Below are positions 1-9,794 of a DNA stretch of 64,000 nt, piece by piece (within the stretch, counting starts at the first letter, position 1; each line of letters begins with the position of its first letter). Below the pieces are notes generated by a model. The model was not told where the DNA came from. It did not search any database and was given only the letters and a program-made list of their open reading frames with translations. The stretch is from NCBI GenBank assembly GCA_027050205.1, contig JALUCS010000093.1, positions 31,282-95,281 on the forward strand, given 5' to 3'. Made by a program: the position numbers and the translations under genes. The stretch comes from a candidate division WOR-3 bacterium (GTDB lineage Bacteria > Hydrothermota > Hydrothermia > LBFQ01).

Positions 1-227
1 TTTGACCTTCGGTTTTCGGGTCAGGTCAATGCGACTTTGGGTGGAAGTGGGCATATCTCTATCGGTGTAGTACCCACCTTTCGGGCGTTTCTTTGGGCAT
101 CCAGAATCTTGAAATGAAATTAACCATTTCTTAAATTGAACTTCATATTTCTCGTAAATTTTTACGCCAAATTTCCGACGCGGGTTCGGCCCCGATGTCG
201 TTAAATCTTCTGCACCGGAGGTTCAAA

Positions 228-279
228 AACATTGAAGTTGCACTACCGGTTTATTGAAGCCTGACTTTCAGTTTTTGCC
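228..279 (+). repeat. partial copy of interspersed repeat (3-prime half: attgaagttgcactaccggtttattgaagcctgactttcagtttttgcc)
   Basis: aligns with the 3-prime half of R1; a further fragment gaatcttgaaatg at 108-125. Confidence 0.5.
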
Positions 280-410
280 TATGCGACGTCGTGTGGCGGA
301 GGGGCCCCTATCGTCGCAGCAACGCTCTCCCAATAGTACTGCATATTTGTGAAAAATATCACAAACCCGTTAGAGCAGGATTTCACTACGGCTGCCCTTC
401 ACCCTAACCC

Positions 411-1376
411 TCACGACAACCCCGCCCTGTACCTGAAGGCATGAAGCTCCAACAGAGGGGAGACGAAGACCTCCCTCCCCATATAGACGTGCTTTCTCCA
501 CCGGTTCCGGGCCAGGAGCCTGTACCTCTTCGGAAGGCCCCTTACGAGTTTCCCGCCGGGCAGGATTACGGCCATAGAGATCTCGTCGGGGTACTGGCCA
601 CCGCCGGAGAGGGAGACGGAGGAGAGGGGGACGACGGTTATGCCCCTTATCTCCCTTACAGACGGGTCGTCCATCCCGTGGCCGTGGAACCAGTACCTTG
701 TCACCCCCCGTTTGAGGAGGCGGTTGAGGACGGAAGCCCCGGTCCTTTCTTGGGCCTCCCTTGGCCCCTGATGGGTTATGAGGACGTCAAGTGGGTGATC
801 TTTGGCTATCAGGAGGACGTTATCAACGGCGTTCTCGTCTATCCAGGCCATCTCGTGGTAGTTCTTATCTCTTGCCCCCTGCTCTATCCCCCCAACCCCT
901 CCCACCACCGTACCGTCCTTTAGCCTTACCGCCCACCCCGAAGGGAGGTACCTTATCCGGTGGCCACTGTCTACGGTGGGGAGGTCGCCAACGCCGACGG
1001 GGGAGTCGGGGAGGGCATCGGGGCTTATGGCCGTAAGATGCTCAAACCCCTCGTGGTTCCCATGTACCATAATGATGGTGGCCTCAATACCCAACCCTCC
1101 CTCCTCTACGGGCCGGAATATGGCCTCAATCCACGGAGGCTGTGGGGATACCGCCCACTGGTGAAGGAACTCCAACTCCATAGGATTCTTTCGGGCGTGA
1201 GACCTCGTGGCGCTGTCCAACTCCTCCTCCCTCGTAAAGGTCCCCACGTCCCCACACAGGAGTATAGCCCCGAACTTCGTACCCAACTCCTCCTGCCACA
1301 GGTGGGCGAGGGATAAGGCCAGCTGTAGCTGACCGTGGACGTCCCCCATTACGAGTATGGGGAATTCGTTCCGCAT
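411..1376 (-). CDS. calcineurin-like metallophosphoesterase
   Basis: 321-aa ORF; N-terminal VMGDVHG and downstream GNHE motifs typical of metallophosphoesterases. Confidence 0.6.
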   Translation of the reverse strand: MRNEFPILVMGDVHGQLQLALSLAHLWQEELGTKFGAILLCGDVGTFTREEELDSATRSHARKNPMELEFLHQWAVSPQPPWIEAIFRPVEEGGLGIEATIIMVHGNHEGFEHLTAISPDALPDSPVGVGDLPTVDSGHRIRYLPSGWAVRLKDGTVVGGVGGIEQGARDKNYHEMAWIDENAVDNVLLIAKDHPLDVLITHQGPREAQERTGASVLNRLLKRGVTRYWFHGHGMDDPSVREIRGITVVPLSSVSLSGGGQYPDEISMAVILPGGKLVRGLPKRYRLLARNRWRKHVYMGREVFVSPLLELHAFRYRAGLS

Positions 1377-1798
1377 ATTTTTATTGTAAGGGGGATAAGG
1401 TTAGGAGTAAGGTGCTGGAGGGGCCGGAGATATGTCCGAATGAGGTTTTCATCTTTCGGATATGGAATAAAATTTGCATCTTTGTAAAAACATTCACAAC
1501 TTAATAGAAACGTTTAAATCTGACCAAGAGGCACCTACAGAACGCCGTTGAGGCATCAGCAACCGCCTATGTTGGAACGTTGAAAGCTTTTCCTATGGGA
1601 AGGGTTGATAGGCGAGGGACATACCTCTAAGATGGTATTCGGCATAATACCCTCCAACGGCTCCGTTCCCCACTTCGGGCGATCCCCACTCCACCCGGAA
1701 AGTTCCCCACATCCCCCTTGCGTCCCAACCTCGGTAATAACGGTAAGTTCAATTATTTACCATCTTTCACCCCCGACCTTCCCCCTTAGAATTGGGAC

Positions 1799-4700
1799 GT
1801 GGCCGACTTCGTACACCTCCACGTGCATAGCGAGTACAGCCTCTTAGACGGTGCCGCCCGCATAAAGGACCTCGTGAAGAAGGCGAAGGAGATGGGCTTC
1901 CCCGCCCTCGCCCTCACGGACCACGGCAACCTCTACGGCTCAATAGAGTTCTACAAGGCGGCGAAGGAGGAGGGCATAAAGCCCATCCTCGGTATGGAGG
2001 CATACATCGTTGAGGACCACTCAAAGAAGGACAAGGAGCATAAGGAGTACAACCATCTGACCCTCCTCGCCGCCACCAACGAGGGCTGGAGGAACCTGAT
2101 GCGACTCTCCTCCCTCGGATTCCTGAAAGGGTTCTACGGGAAACCGCGGATAGACTGGAAGCAGCTGGAGAGCCACTCGGAGGGGCTGATAGTCCTCTCC
2201 GGATGCCCCAAGGGTACCGTAGCCGAGAACATAGTTAAGGGGAGGTACGAAGAGGCAAAGAGGTGGGTGGAGTGGTTTAGGGACGTTTTCGGTGAGAGGT
2301 TCTTCCTTGAAGTCCAGGACGTCGGGATACCGGAGAACGAGGCCATAAACAAGGCTCTGCTTGAGTTCTCAAAGTACTACGGCATACCCCTCGTGGCCAC
2401 CAACGACGTCCACTACATAAACCCCGGCGACCACGAACTTCAGGAGATCCTGATGGCCATAGCCCAGAACAAGAAGATAAGCGACAAGAACCGCTTCACC
2501 CTAAGCACCAAGCAGCTCTATATGAGGAGCGAGGAAGAGATGCTCCGCCTCTTCTCGTGGATGCCCGAAGCCGTCAGGAACACCCGCCTCGTAGCCGAGA
2601 TGGCCAACGTTGAGATAGAACTGGACGCTACCAAGCTCAAGCTCCCCCACTTCCCCATACCGGAGGAGTACTCCTCGGACGTTGAGTACCTCAAGGCTCT
2701 GGCGAGGAAGGGGTTGGAGGAGAAGATAGGGAATCTACCCGAAAGCGAAAAGCAGAGGTACAGGGAGAGGTTGGAGTACGAGCTTTCCGTAATAGAGGGT
2801 ACGGGCTTTGCCGGGTACTTCCTCATCATATGGGATCTGGTGAGGGCCTCAAGGGATATGGGGGTGAAGGTGGGGCCGGGGAGGGGGTCGGCCGCCGGCT
2901 CCCTCGTCCTCTACGCCCTCGGCATAACGCAGATAGACCCCCTCAAGTACGACCTCCTCTTTGAGCGTTTCCTGAACCCGGAGCGTATATCTCCCCCGGA
3001 CGTGGATATAGACTTTCAGGACAACCGCCGTGAGGACGTCATAAACTACCTCCGTGATAAGTACGGGAGCGACAGGGTCGCCCAGATCATAACCTTCTCA
3101 AAGCTCAAGGCCAGAGCCGCCTTTAAGGACGTCGCCCGGTACTACGACACCCCCTTTGAGCAGGCCAACCGCATCTCCCAGCTCATCCCCAACGTACCCA
3201 CCGACCCCATCACCCTCGCCGAGGCCTACGAGGGGGTGGAGGACTTCAAGAAGGCCGTCCAGAAGGAACCTTGGAAGACGGTAGTTGAGAAGGCCATAAA
3301 GCTTGAGGGCTTCACCCGTGGCACCAGCGTCCACGCCGCCGGGGTGGTGGTCTCACCCGACGAGCTTACAAACTACGTCCCCCTCGCCCTTAGCAAGGAC
3401 AATCAGGTAATAACCCAGTACGACATGGGGACGTTGGAGCTGCTCGGTATGCTCAAGATAGACGTCCTCGGTCTCCGTACCCTCTCAATGTTGGAGCATG
3501 CCGAGAGGTTGGTGAGGGAGCATTACGACCCCCACTTCACCCTTGAGGGGATACCCATAGACGACCCGGACACCTTCCGCCTCCTTCAGGAGGGCAAGAC
3601 CATGGGGGTGTTCCAGCTGGAGGGGGCCAACATGCGGCGGATCCTGATGAGGCTCAAGCCCACCTCCCTTGAGGACATAATAGCCCTCAACGCCCTGTAC
3701 CGTCCGGGACCCATCCAGAGCGGTATGGTGGACGAGTACATAGAGCGAAAGCACGGCAAACCCTTCAAGTACGACTTCCCGGAGCTGGAGCCTATCCTCA
3801 AGAACACCTACGGCCTCTTCGTCTATCAGGAGCAGGTAATGCTGATGTCCCAGATACTCGCCGGCTTCACCCCCGGAGAGGCCGACACCCTCCGCAAGGC
3901 CATCGGGAAGAAGAAGAAGGCCTTGATGGAGAAGATGAAGGACAAGTTCATAAAGGGTGCCATCGCCCGCGGGTACGACGAGAAGAAGATAGTCAAGCTC
4001 TGGGAGGACATAGAGAAGTTCGCCTCCTACTCCTTCAACAAGTCCCACTCCGCCGCCTACGGCCTCATGGCCTACTGGACCGCCTACCTGAAGGCCCACT
4101 ACCCTCTGGCGTTCTATACGGCCGCCCTATCCTCCTTCAAAGGCTCCCAGCAGCAGAGGTTCTTCAAGAACGCCCCCCTCTTCATAGCCGAGATGAGGGA
4201 GATGGGGATAGAAGTGGTGCCGCCTGACGTTAATCGCAGCGACGTAGACTTCACCTTGGCCAGGGACGAGAACGCCATAATCTGGGGCCTCGGCTTCCTG
4301 AAGGACGTCGGGTTTGATATGGCCGAGAGGATAGTGAAGGAGAGGAAGGAGAGGGGACCCTACAGAAGCGTCTCCGACTTCGCCCGTCGCACCAAGGCCA
4401 ACCGCAAGGTCCTTGAGGCCCTGACCAGGGCGGGGGCGCTTGACTCCATATCCGGAATGACCCGCTCCCAGCTCCTTGAGGACGTCCGGGCCGGTAAGGT
4501 GGGCAAGAGGTCCGCCGGCAACCTCTTCGGCGATATGATGAAGCGTAAGGCCAAGGAGCGGAAGGAGGACCTGAACACCCTCCTGCACATGGAGAGGCAG
4601 TCCCTCGGCTTGTACATATCCGGCAAGCCCTACGAGGCCTACAGGGACGTCGCCAGGGCCTACGGCTTCCCGAAGATAGAGGACCTGGAGGCGGGGGCGC

Positions 4701-5314
4701 AGAACGGTGAGGTCACCTTCGTCGCCTCCCTCCTGTACTACGACAAGAGGAAGTTCCGCAGCGGTACCAAGCTCACCCTCCTCCTTGAGGACGACACCGG
4801 AACGGTTGAGGCCAGTATGTTTATCTCCGAGGGCCTGACGGAGCTTCTGGACAGGTTAGAGAACAACCTCGTCTTCGTCGTCAGGGGGACGGTCAGGAAG
4901 GTATCCGACGAGAACGAGGAGGAGGAGAGGGTGGAGGTCCGGATAAAGGACGCCTCCTCCATCGTACCGGTGAGGGAGTTCGTAAAGGGCAACAGGATAG
5001 TGGCCAACGGGGACCCGGACGCCGCCCTTGAGAGGATGCTGAAGAAGTTTGAGATAGTCGCCCCCAACGGATTCAAGAGCATAGACGAGGGGAAGAGGGC
5101 CTTCGTTAAGTTCTGGATAAGGGAGATAGCCGGCGAGGAGTTCGCCGAGGACCTGCCCTACCCCCTCGCCCTCAAGGTCCTGAAGAGGCTAACCGTAAAG
5201 GACACCTCCCTGCTGTTGGAGCGCAGGGACCCCTACGACGAAGCCGCCTACGCCCTCCTCATCAGGGACATAGACGGATGGACGGAGGCCGTTAAGGGCC
5301 TGAGGAGGCGTTAG
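1799..5314 (+). CDS. dnaE: DNA polymerase III alpha subunit
   Basis: 1171-aa ORF, GTG start; N-terminal PHP domain (HLHVHSEYSLLDGA), polymerase core and OB-fold regions recognisable; TAGAAT -10-like box 8 nt upstream. Confidence 0.95.
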   Translation: MADFVHLHVHSEYSLLDGAARIKDLVKKAKEMGFPALALTDHGNLYGSIEFYKAAKEEGIKPILGMEAYIVEDHSKKDKEHKEYNHLTLLAATNEGWRNLMRLSSLGFLKGFYGKPRIDWKQLESHSEGLIVLSGCPKGTVAENIVKGRYEEAKRWVEWFRDVFGERFFLEVQDVGIPENEAINKALLEFSKYYGIPLVATNDVHYINPGDHELQEILMAIAQNKKISDKNRFTLSTKQLYMRSEEEMLRLFSWMPEAVRNTRLVAEMANVEIELDATKLKLPHFPIPEEYSSDVEYLKALARKGLEEKIGNLPESEKQRYRERLEYELSVIEGTGFAGYFLIIWDLVRASRDMGVKVGPGRGSAAGSLVLYALGITQIDPLKYDLLFERFLNPERISPPDVDIDFQDNRREDVINYLRDKYGSDRVAQIITFSKLKARAAFKDVARYYDTPFEQANRISQLIPNVPTDPITLAEAYEGVEDFKKAVQKEPWKTVVEKAIKLEGFTRGTSVHAAGVVVSPDELTNYVPLALSKDNQVITQYDMGTLELLGMLKIDVLGLRTLSMLEHAERLVREHYDPHFTLEGIPIDDPDTFRLLQEGKTMGVFQLEGANMRRILMRLKPTSLEDIIALNALYRPGPIQSGMVDEYIERKHGKPFKYDFPELEPILKNTYGLFVYQEQVMLMSQILAGFTPGEADTLRKAIGKKKKALMEKMKDKFIKGAIARGYDEKKIVKLWEDIEKFASYSFNKSHSAAYGLMAYWTAYLKAHYPLAFYTAALSSFKGSQQQRFFKNAPLFIAEMREMGIEVVPPDVNRSDVDFTLARDENAIIWGLGFLKDVGFDMAERIVKERKERGPYRSVSDFARRTKANRKVLEALTRAGALDSISGMTRSQLLEDVRAGKVGKRSAGNLFGDMMKRKAKERKEDLNTLLHMERQSLGLYISGKPYEAYRDVARAYGFPKIEDLEAGAQNGEVTFVASLLYYDKRKFRSGTKLTLLLEDDTGTVEASMFISEGLTELLDRLENNLVFVVRGTVRKVSDENEEEERVEVRIKDASSIVPVREFVKGNRIVANGDPDAALERMLKKFEIVAPNGFKSIDEGKRAFVKFWIREIAGEEFAEDLPYPLALKVLKRLTVKDTSLLLERRDPYDEAAYALLIRDIDGWTEAVKGLRRR

Positions 5315-5325
5315 CCGGAATTCCG

Positions 5326-5364
5326 CTGATAGAATGGAGATTGCTCTGCAGTCTTATCAATCGG
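5326..5364 (+). repeat. 38-nt conserved motif copy V1 (tgatagaatggagattgctctgcagtcttatcaatcgg), imperfect hairpin/palindrome
   Basis: about 84% identical to 36651-36688; contains GAGATTGC..GCAGTCTC inverted arms. Confidence 0.6.
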
Positions 5365-5463
5365 CCCCATAAACTTATCCCACCGTAGGGACGTGTCCCC
5401 TGGATAGGCGATCTCGCTGTAAATTTTGGGAATTACGTAAATAGGAGGATAATCCCATCCACA

Positions 5464-5517
5464 CCTTCAACGCAAGTTTTAAGATCCCTGCACTTCCCAT
5501 TAACGGATTCTGAACGG
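5464..5517 (-). repeat. interspersed intergenic repeat, copy R7 (core AATCCGTTAATGGGA..GGGATCTT)
   Basis: reverse complement matches the core of the element at 13313-13395. Confidence 0.5.
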
Positions 5518-5540
5518 TATCAGGGACGACTAGTCTTTGA

Positions 5541-5860
5541 ATGGGAATCGCCAATGCGGGAAGTTTCACCGGCGACCTCTTGAAAGTTGGCATCACTCTA
5601 TCCGCAGAATACCACTCGGTCTTGTGGTACATTCCAAGATGGAGTACGACATCCCTCCTCCAAGAGGTTGGAATCCGGGTATTACACCGATAGGACGCAC
5701 ATTCAAAAGACGCAATTGAACTTCAAAAAATCGGCAATCCGGGGTCATATTTTGGTATCGGTAATGGGGAGAATTTCACCCTAACGGCTCCTCGGAGTTT
5801 GTATCACTCCGTCCGCAGAGACCCGTTAAAATCCGGATCACTCCATCAGCTGAATGCGAC
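5541..5860. repeat. two degenerate ~110-nt tandem units (5541-5650 and 5750-5860) in the dnaE / tRNA-Pro spacer
   Basis: unit 1 atcgccaatgcgggaagtttcaccggcgacctcttgaaagttggcatcactctatccgcagaatacc vs unit 2 atcggtaatggggagaatttcaccctaacggctcctcggagtttgtatcactccgtccgcagagaccc; roughly 65% identity by eye. Confidence 0.5.
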
Positions 5861-5946
5861 TTTTTTCAAGGTTGGAAGCGCATCCAAAATAAGACGTTTT
5901 AACGTTCCACCCCTCCCTACGACTTCAGTTTTTCCCCCTCCCCAAA

Positions 5947-6020
5947 TCGGGGCACCGGGATTCGAACCCGGGACCTCCTGGTCCCAAACCAGGCGCGCTG
6001 CCAGGCTGCGCTATGCCCCG
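5947..6020 (-). tRNA. tRNA-Pro (anticodon TGG)
   Basis: reverse complement CGGGGCATAGCGCAGCCTGGCAGCGCGCCTGGTTTGGGACCAGGAGGTCCCGGGTTCGAATCCCGGTGCCCCGA folds as cloverleaf; anticodon loop TTTGGGA; CCA not encoded. Confidence 0.85.
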
Positions 6021-6078
6021 TAGCCGAGGACGTAATTCTAAGGATGGGAGCCACCCTATCACCGGTATAATACCTGCG

Positions 6079-6441
6079 ATGCAGGTTGATTTGCAGCGAC
6101 TCCGCAGCGTAATAAGGGGGACGGGATGGGCGAAGTTCCTCGCCATAATGTACTACATAGCCGCCGTCGGCTACATCCTCGGATGCGTCACCATCCCCTT
6201 CGGCATTATAACGATCATCTTGGGGATGAAACTCTGGAGTGCCGCCGACAACTTGGACAGGTTGAAGTACAGCGATGACCCTACGGCCCTCTACGCCGCC
6301 CTTGATGACCTCGGCTCCTACTTCGTATGGTCTGGCATCCTCGTGGTCATCGGGATAATCCTGACTATCATATCCGTAATCGCCTTCGTCCTCTACTTCG
6401 CCACCTACATGCCCTCCCTCTACGACCTCTACAGCCTCTAA
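6079..6441 (+). CDS. small integral membrane protein (about 3 TM helices), unknown function
   Basis: ORF-track ORF starts at 6013, inside the tRNA; first plausible ATG at 6079; strongly hydrophobic segments. Confidence 0.45.
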   Translation: MQVDLQRLRSVIRGTGWAKFLAIMYYIAAVGYILGCVTIPFGIITIILGMKLWSAADNLDRLKYSDDPTALYAALDDLGSYFVWSGILVVIGIILTIISVIAFVLYFATYMPSLYDLYSL

Positions 6442-7160
6442 AACCCCCTCGCCCGAAGGAAGACGTACGGCACCCCTTCGGCGTCCCTTATCGTCCCCAT
6501 CTTATCGTACGGCCGGTAGCCCAGACCGGCGGTTAGGTCTCCCTCTTTACTCCGAAACTCCACCCCACCCTCCAGTTTCAGGCTACCCCTAACCCTCCTG
6601 TAGTCCCTCGCCGCGGCGACGGTCAAACTGACGTCTAAGAAGGCTGCCATATCACCCTTGAGGGGGCGCCTGAACCTCCGGAAGGCGGAGAAGGCCGTCC
6701 CCCAATCCGCCCCCTGGGATAGGAACTTGTACCGGGGGTCGTAGAGGTACTGGGTTAGGGACACTTCGACGTCCCTCTCACGGTAGAGGAGTCGGAAAGC
6801 GTTCCAGTAGAGGGGGAGGGTGTCTAAGCGGTCTATGTAGTGGAAGCAGGTATGCTCCAGAAAGAGGTAGCCCACCCCTTTGGCGAACTCCCGGAAGCCC
6901 CCAAGCCAGGCGTAGTAGTCGGCGTATATGGGGTCCAACTGTATGGGGCCGACGTCGTATCCGAACCATACGACGAAATCTCCCCCGAAGGCCAGGCCGT
7001 ACCTACCCCACCTGAAGGCTCTCATATAGCCGCCGATGTCGGCGAGGGCGCTCTTGTCCCTGTACCTGTAGGAGAACTTGGAGAAGGAGGCCCAAGCCTC
7101 GTGGTGCATATAGACGAAGGCGGTCAGGAGGAGCATACGGCTATTGTAGGGCCGCCACAA
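6438..7160 (-). CDS. hypothetical aromatic-rich beta-rich protein (possible outer-membrane protein)
   Basis: 240-aa ORF, Tyr/Trp/Gly-rich, alternating pattern; no recognisable family. Confidence 0.4.
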   Translation of the reverse strand: MWRPYNSRMLLLTAFVYMHHEAWASFSKFSYRYRDKSALADIGGYMRAFRWGRYGLAFGGDFVVWFGYDVGPIQLDPIYADYYAWLGGFREFAKGVGYLFLEHTCFHYIDRLDTLPLYWNAFRLLYRERDVEVSLTQYLYDPRYKFLSQGADWGTAFSAFRRFRRPLKGDMAAFLDVSLTVAAARDYRRVRGSLKLEGGVEFRSKEGDLTAGLGYRPYDKMGTIRDAEGVPYVFLRARGF

Positions 7161-7177
7161 CGACCCCTTTACCCCCT

Positions 7178-7183
7178 TATAAT
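7178..7183 (+). promoter_or_regulatory. -10 box TATAAT of tRNA-Asp promoter (shared motif TATAATATCnACCTC)
   Basis: cttataatatccacctc 14 nt upstream of tRNA-Asp; the same motif precedes tRNA-Val. Confidence 0.5.
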
Positions 7184-7196
7184 ATCCACCTCAAAC

Positions 7197-7271
7197 GGGG
7201 ACGTAGTTCAGCCCGGTTAGAACGCCGGCCTGTCACGCCGGAGGTCGCGGGTTCAAATCCCGTCGTCCCCG
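7197..7271 (+). tRNA. tRNA-Asp (anticodon GTC)
   Basis: GGGGACGTAGTTCAGCCCGGTTAGAACGCCGGCCTGTCACGCCGGAGGTCGCGGGTTCAAATCCCGTCGTCCCCG; anticodon loop CTGTCAC. Confidence 0.85.
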
Positions 7272-7272
7272 C

Positions 7273-8241
7273 TTGTTTTTTTCTGAACCCGTCCGCGTGG
7301 GTGTCGTGGGGGTGGGTTATCTGGGTTCGCTTCACGTCAAAAGGCTTAAAGAGATAGATTTCGCCCATCTGGTCGGTATCTACGACATAAACCCCTCCCG
7401 CGCCGGGGAGGTGGCCTCCGAGTACGGTACGGTAGCCTACCCCTCCCTCCAAGCCCTCATAGAGGACGTTGAGGCCGTGGTGATAGCAGCCCCGACGACC
7501 GCCCACTACGAGATAGCGCGGGAGAGCATAGTCAAAGGTAGGCACGTCTTCGTTGAGAAACCCCTAACCGACTCCCTTGAGACGGCGAGGGAGATAGTGC
7601 AGCTCTCCAAGAGGTACGGCGTCAAGGTTCAGGTGGGCCACATAGAGCGGTTCAACCCCGCCTTCATTGCTGCGAAGGAGTACATAGAAGGGAGGGTGTA
7701 CTTCATAGAGAGCGTCCGGATGAGCGTCTACAACCCCCGCGGTACGGACGTAGACGTCATCCTTGACCTGATGATACACGACATAGACCTCACCCTCTCC
7801 CTGATGGGGGAGGAGCCGGAATCCGTGAGCGCCGTCGGCATCCCGGTCATAACCGGAGACATAGACATCGCCAACGTCAGGTTGGAGTTCCCCTCCGGCT
7901 CCGCCGCCAATCTAACGGCGAGCCGCGTCTCCCTTGAGAAGATGAGGAAGTTCAGGGTCTTCGTTATGGACAGGTACCTCTCCATAGACCTCTACCGGAG
8001 GCGGATAGATATGGTGCAGAAGGTGGGGGACGAGCTTATCCCCTACTTCCCCCCCGTAGATGCCACGAAGGACGCCATAACGTTGGAGTTGGAGGCCTTC
8101 CTCAAGGCCGTAAGGGGAGAGGGAGAGGTGGCGGTGAGCGCCGAAGACGGCTACCGGAGTATGAAGGTGGCCGATACGATAAAGCGGAAGATATACGAGC
8201 GAATAAGGAGGGTGGAAGGGGATGCGGATACCCGGTCATGA
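7273..8241 (+). CDS. Gfo/Idh/MocA family NAD(P)-dependent oxidoreductase
   Basis: N-terminal Rossmann motif RVGVVGVGYLGSLH; ORF-track start is TTG at 7273, true start may be GTG at 7297. Confidence 0.8.
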   Translation: MFFSEPVRVGVVGVGYLGSLHVKRLKEIDFAHLVGIYDINPSRAGEVASEYGTVAYPSLQALIEDVEAVVIAAPTTAHYEIARESIVKGRHVFVEKPLTDSLETAREIVQLSKRYGVKVQVGHIERFNPAFIAAKEYIEGRVYFIESVRMSVYNPRGTDVDVILDLMIHDIDLTLSLMGEEPESVSAVGIPVITGDIDIANVRLEFPSGSAANLTASRVSLEKMRKFRVFVMDRYLSIDLYRRRIDMVQKVGDELIPYFPPVDATKDAITLELEAFLKAVRGEGEVAVSAEDGYRSMKVADTIKRKIYERIRRVEGDADTRS

Positions 8242-8608
8242 CCTCTGCTTCGTATGCGGCAGGAACTCCCGTATAGGGCTGGACTTTGAGGAGAGGGACG
8301 GGTGGATGTGCGCCACCTTTAGACCTACGGAGGAGTTCCAGAGCTTCAAAGGGATCATTCACGGGGGAATAATAGCCTCCGTCCTCGCCGAGGCGATGGG
8401 CATGGCCGTCTCCCTCCTTGAGGGGAGGTTCTTGGGTAAGCGGATAGGCGTTGAGTACCACGCCCCCGTCCGGCCAGGAAGGAGGTACAGGGTGTGCGGT
8501 AAGGTCGTCCGCAGGGAGGGCAGGAAGATCTTCGCCGTCGCCGAAATCTACGACTCGGATGGGAAGGTCTGCGCCGACGCGGAGGGACTTTTCATAGCCC
8601 TCCCTTAG
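8222..8608 (+). CDS. hotdog-fold acyl-CoA thioesterase (PaaI/4HBT-like)
   Basis: 128 aa; pattern HG.C..CG..N..GL and GGIIASVLAEAMG typical of PaaI-type thioesterases. Confidence 0.65.
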   Translation: MRIPGHDLCFVCGRNSRIGLDFEERDGWMCATFRPTEEFQSFKGIIHGGIIASVLAEAMGMAVSLLEGRFLGKRIGVEYHAPVRPGRRYRVCGKVVRREGRKIFAVAEIYDSDGKVCADAEGLFIALP

Positions 8609-9726
8609 AGGACCTCCCCGTATATCTCCCGGATTATCCTGTTGTTCAGGTACTCCTCCGCCGGTAGATCCGTCTGGAGGACCACCCCACCTTGCATACC
8701 CTCCGGGAGGACGTCGTAGGCTGCTATGGCCCCTCCGGACGTGGTGGCCTGTATCGCCGATAGGCGGAAATCTCCGTAGAGGGCGGGCCTGACCTCAACG
8801 AGCCTCTCCATAGCCCTTAGCTCCCCCTCGGAGTCGTATCCAGCAACGGAGACGTAGACCACCACCCAGTCCTCCTCCACCAAGGGTATCCTCTTAAGCT
8901 CCTCAAGGAGCCTCTCTATCTTCTCGTTGTGGGGGAGGTACCGCCAGGTCTCAAGGAGGGACCTCGCCCAGTCGTAGTGTCCGGGCCACCTCAAGGTCTT
9001 GTAATCCAACCTCCGTACCTTACCGGCGAAGTACTCCGGCGTGGTGGAGGCCCCACCGGACGTCAGATCCGCCTCCAGGACCCTGCCGTTGAGTATCAGG
9101 GTCTCCGGCTCCGATAGGGAGGGGACGAGCTGTATCCCACCGTCCCGGAGTACCACCGAAGGCTCAACGTACTCAACGGCCACACCGGCGGCGCTCCAGG
9201 TCCTAGCGTAGAAGTAGGGGGAGGAGACGTTGGGGGTGAGGGCGCCCACCCTCATCCTCACCTCGTCGGGGTACTTACCGTACTCCTTCAGGAACCTCTC
9301 CGCGAGATAGACGGCGAGGACGTTTACGAAACCGGGAGCCAGGCCGGCCTGGAGGACGAAGACGGGCGGGTTCTCGGCCTCGGCCACCATCCGCCTTATG
9401 GCTTCGGTGGCCTTCACGTGTTCGGTGAGGTTGACGTAGTTCGTGGAGGTCCTCAAAGCGGCCTCCGCCATACGGGTGGCCTCCCTACCGGGGAGACAGT
9501 CAAAGAGGACGTCCGCTTCGGACAGGATGGCGAGGAACTCCTCGCTTAGGCCCTCCGACGGTAGGTGGAAGGCCTCACCGCCTACGAGGTGCGCTATGGC
9601 CTCCGCCTTTTCCCTCCTCCTGCCCCCCACTAAGATGCGGGCCTCCGGATAGAACCTCCGCACGAGTATGGCCGTGGATTTGGCTACGATGCCAGAACCG
9701 GCTATGGCTACGGTCTTGGGTTTCAT
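8605..9726 (-). CDS. saccharopine dehydrogenase-like NAD(P)-binding oxidoreductase
   Basis: 373 aa; N-terminal AIAGSGIVAKSTA Rossmann motif; family call is tentative. Confidence 0.5.
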   Translation of the reverse strand: MKPKTVAIAGSGIVAKSTAILVRRFYPEARILVGGRRREKAEAIAHLVGGEAFHLPSEGLSEEFLAILSEADVLFDCLPGREATRMAEAALRTSTNYVNLTEHVKATEAIRRMVAEAENPPVFVLQAGLAPGFVNVLAVYLAERFLKEYGKYPDEVRMRVGALTPNVSSPYFYARTWSAAGVAVEYVEPSVVLRDGGIQLVPSLSEPETLILNGRVLEADLTSGGASTTPEYFAGKVRRLDYKTLRWPGHYDWARSLLETWRYLPHNEKIERLLEELKRIPLVEEDWVVVYVSVAGYDSEGELRAMERLVEVRPALYGDFRLSAIQATTSGGAIAAYDVLPEGMQGGVVLQTDLPAEEYLNNRIIREIYGEVL

Positions 9727-9794
9727 AACCGGCGATTATACCTGTGTAGGGCGTTTGCATCGCCCCAACTTTCGGGCGTATAATAGCGGGTGCC

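Noticed and set aside
3485-4099. 204-aa minus-strand ORF inside dnaE (and similar antisense ORFs, e.g. 47822-48913 in pgk, 37741-38397 in sucD, 40490-41026, 22903-23442, 9804-10361)
   Set aside because: All are embedded antisense in strongly supported genes and show the G/V/L/H/P-rich composition expected from the reverse complement of GAG/AAG-rich coding sequence; no independent signals.
5560-5640. Possible RNase P / SRP / tmRNA genes in the long spacers
   Set aside because: None of the hallmark conserved blocks (RNase P GGAAAGUCCGG / AGGGUGAAA, SRP GGUGCUGUUUACC…AGCAGCC, tmRNA tRNA-like 3-prime end) could be found by eye in any spacer.
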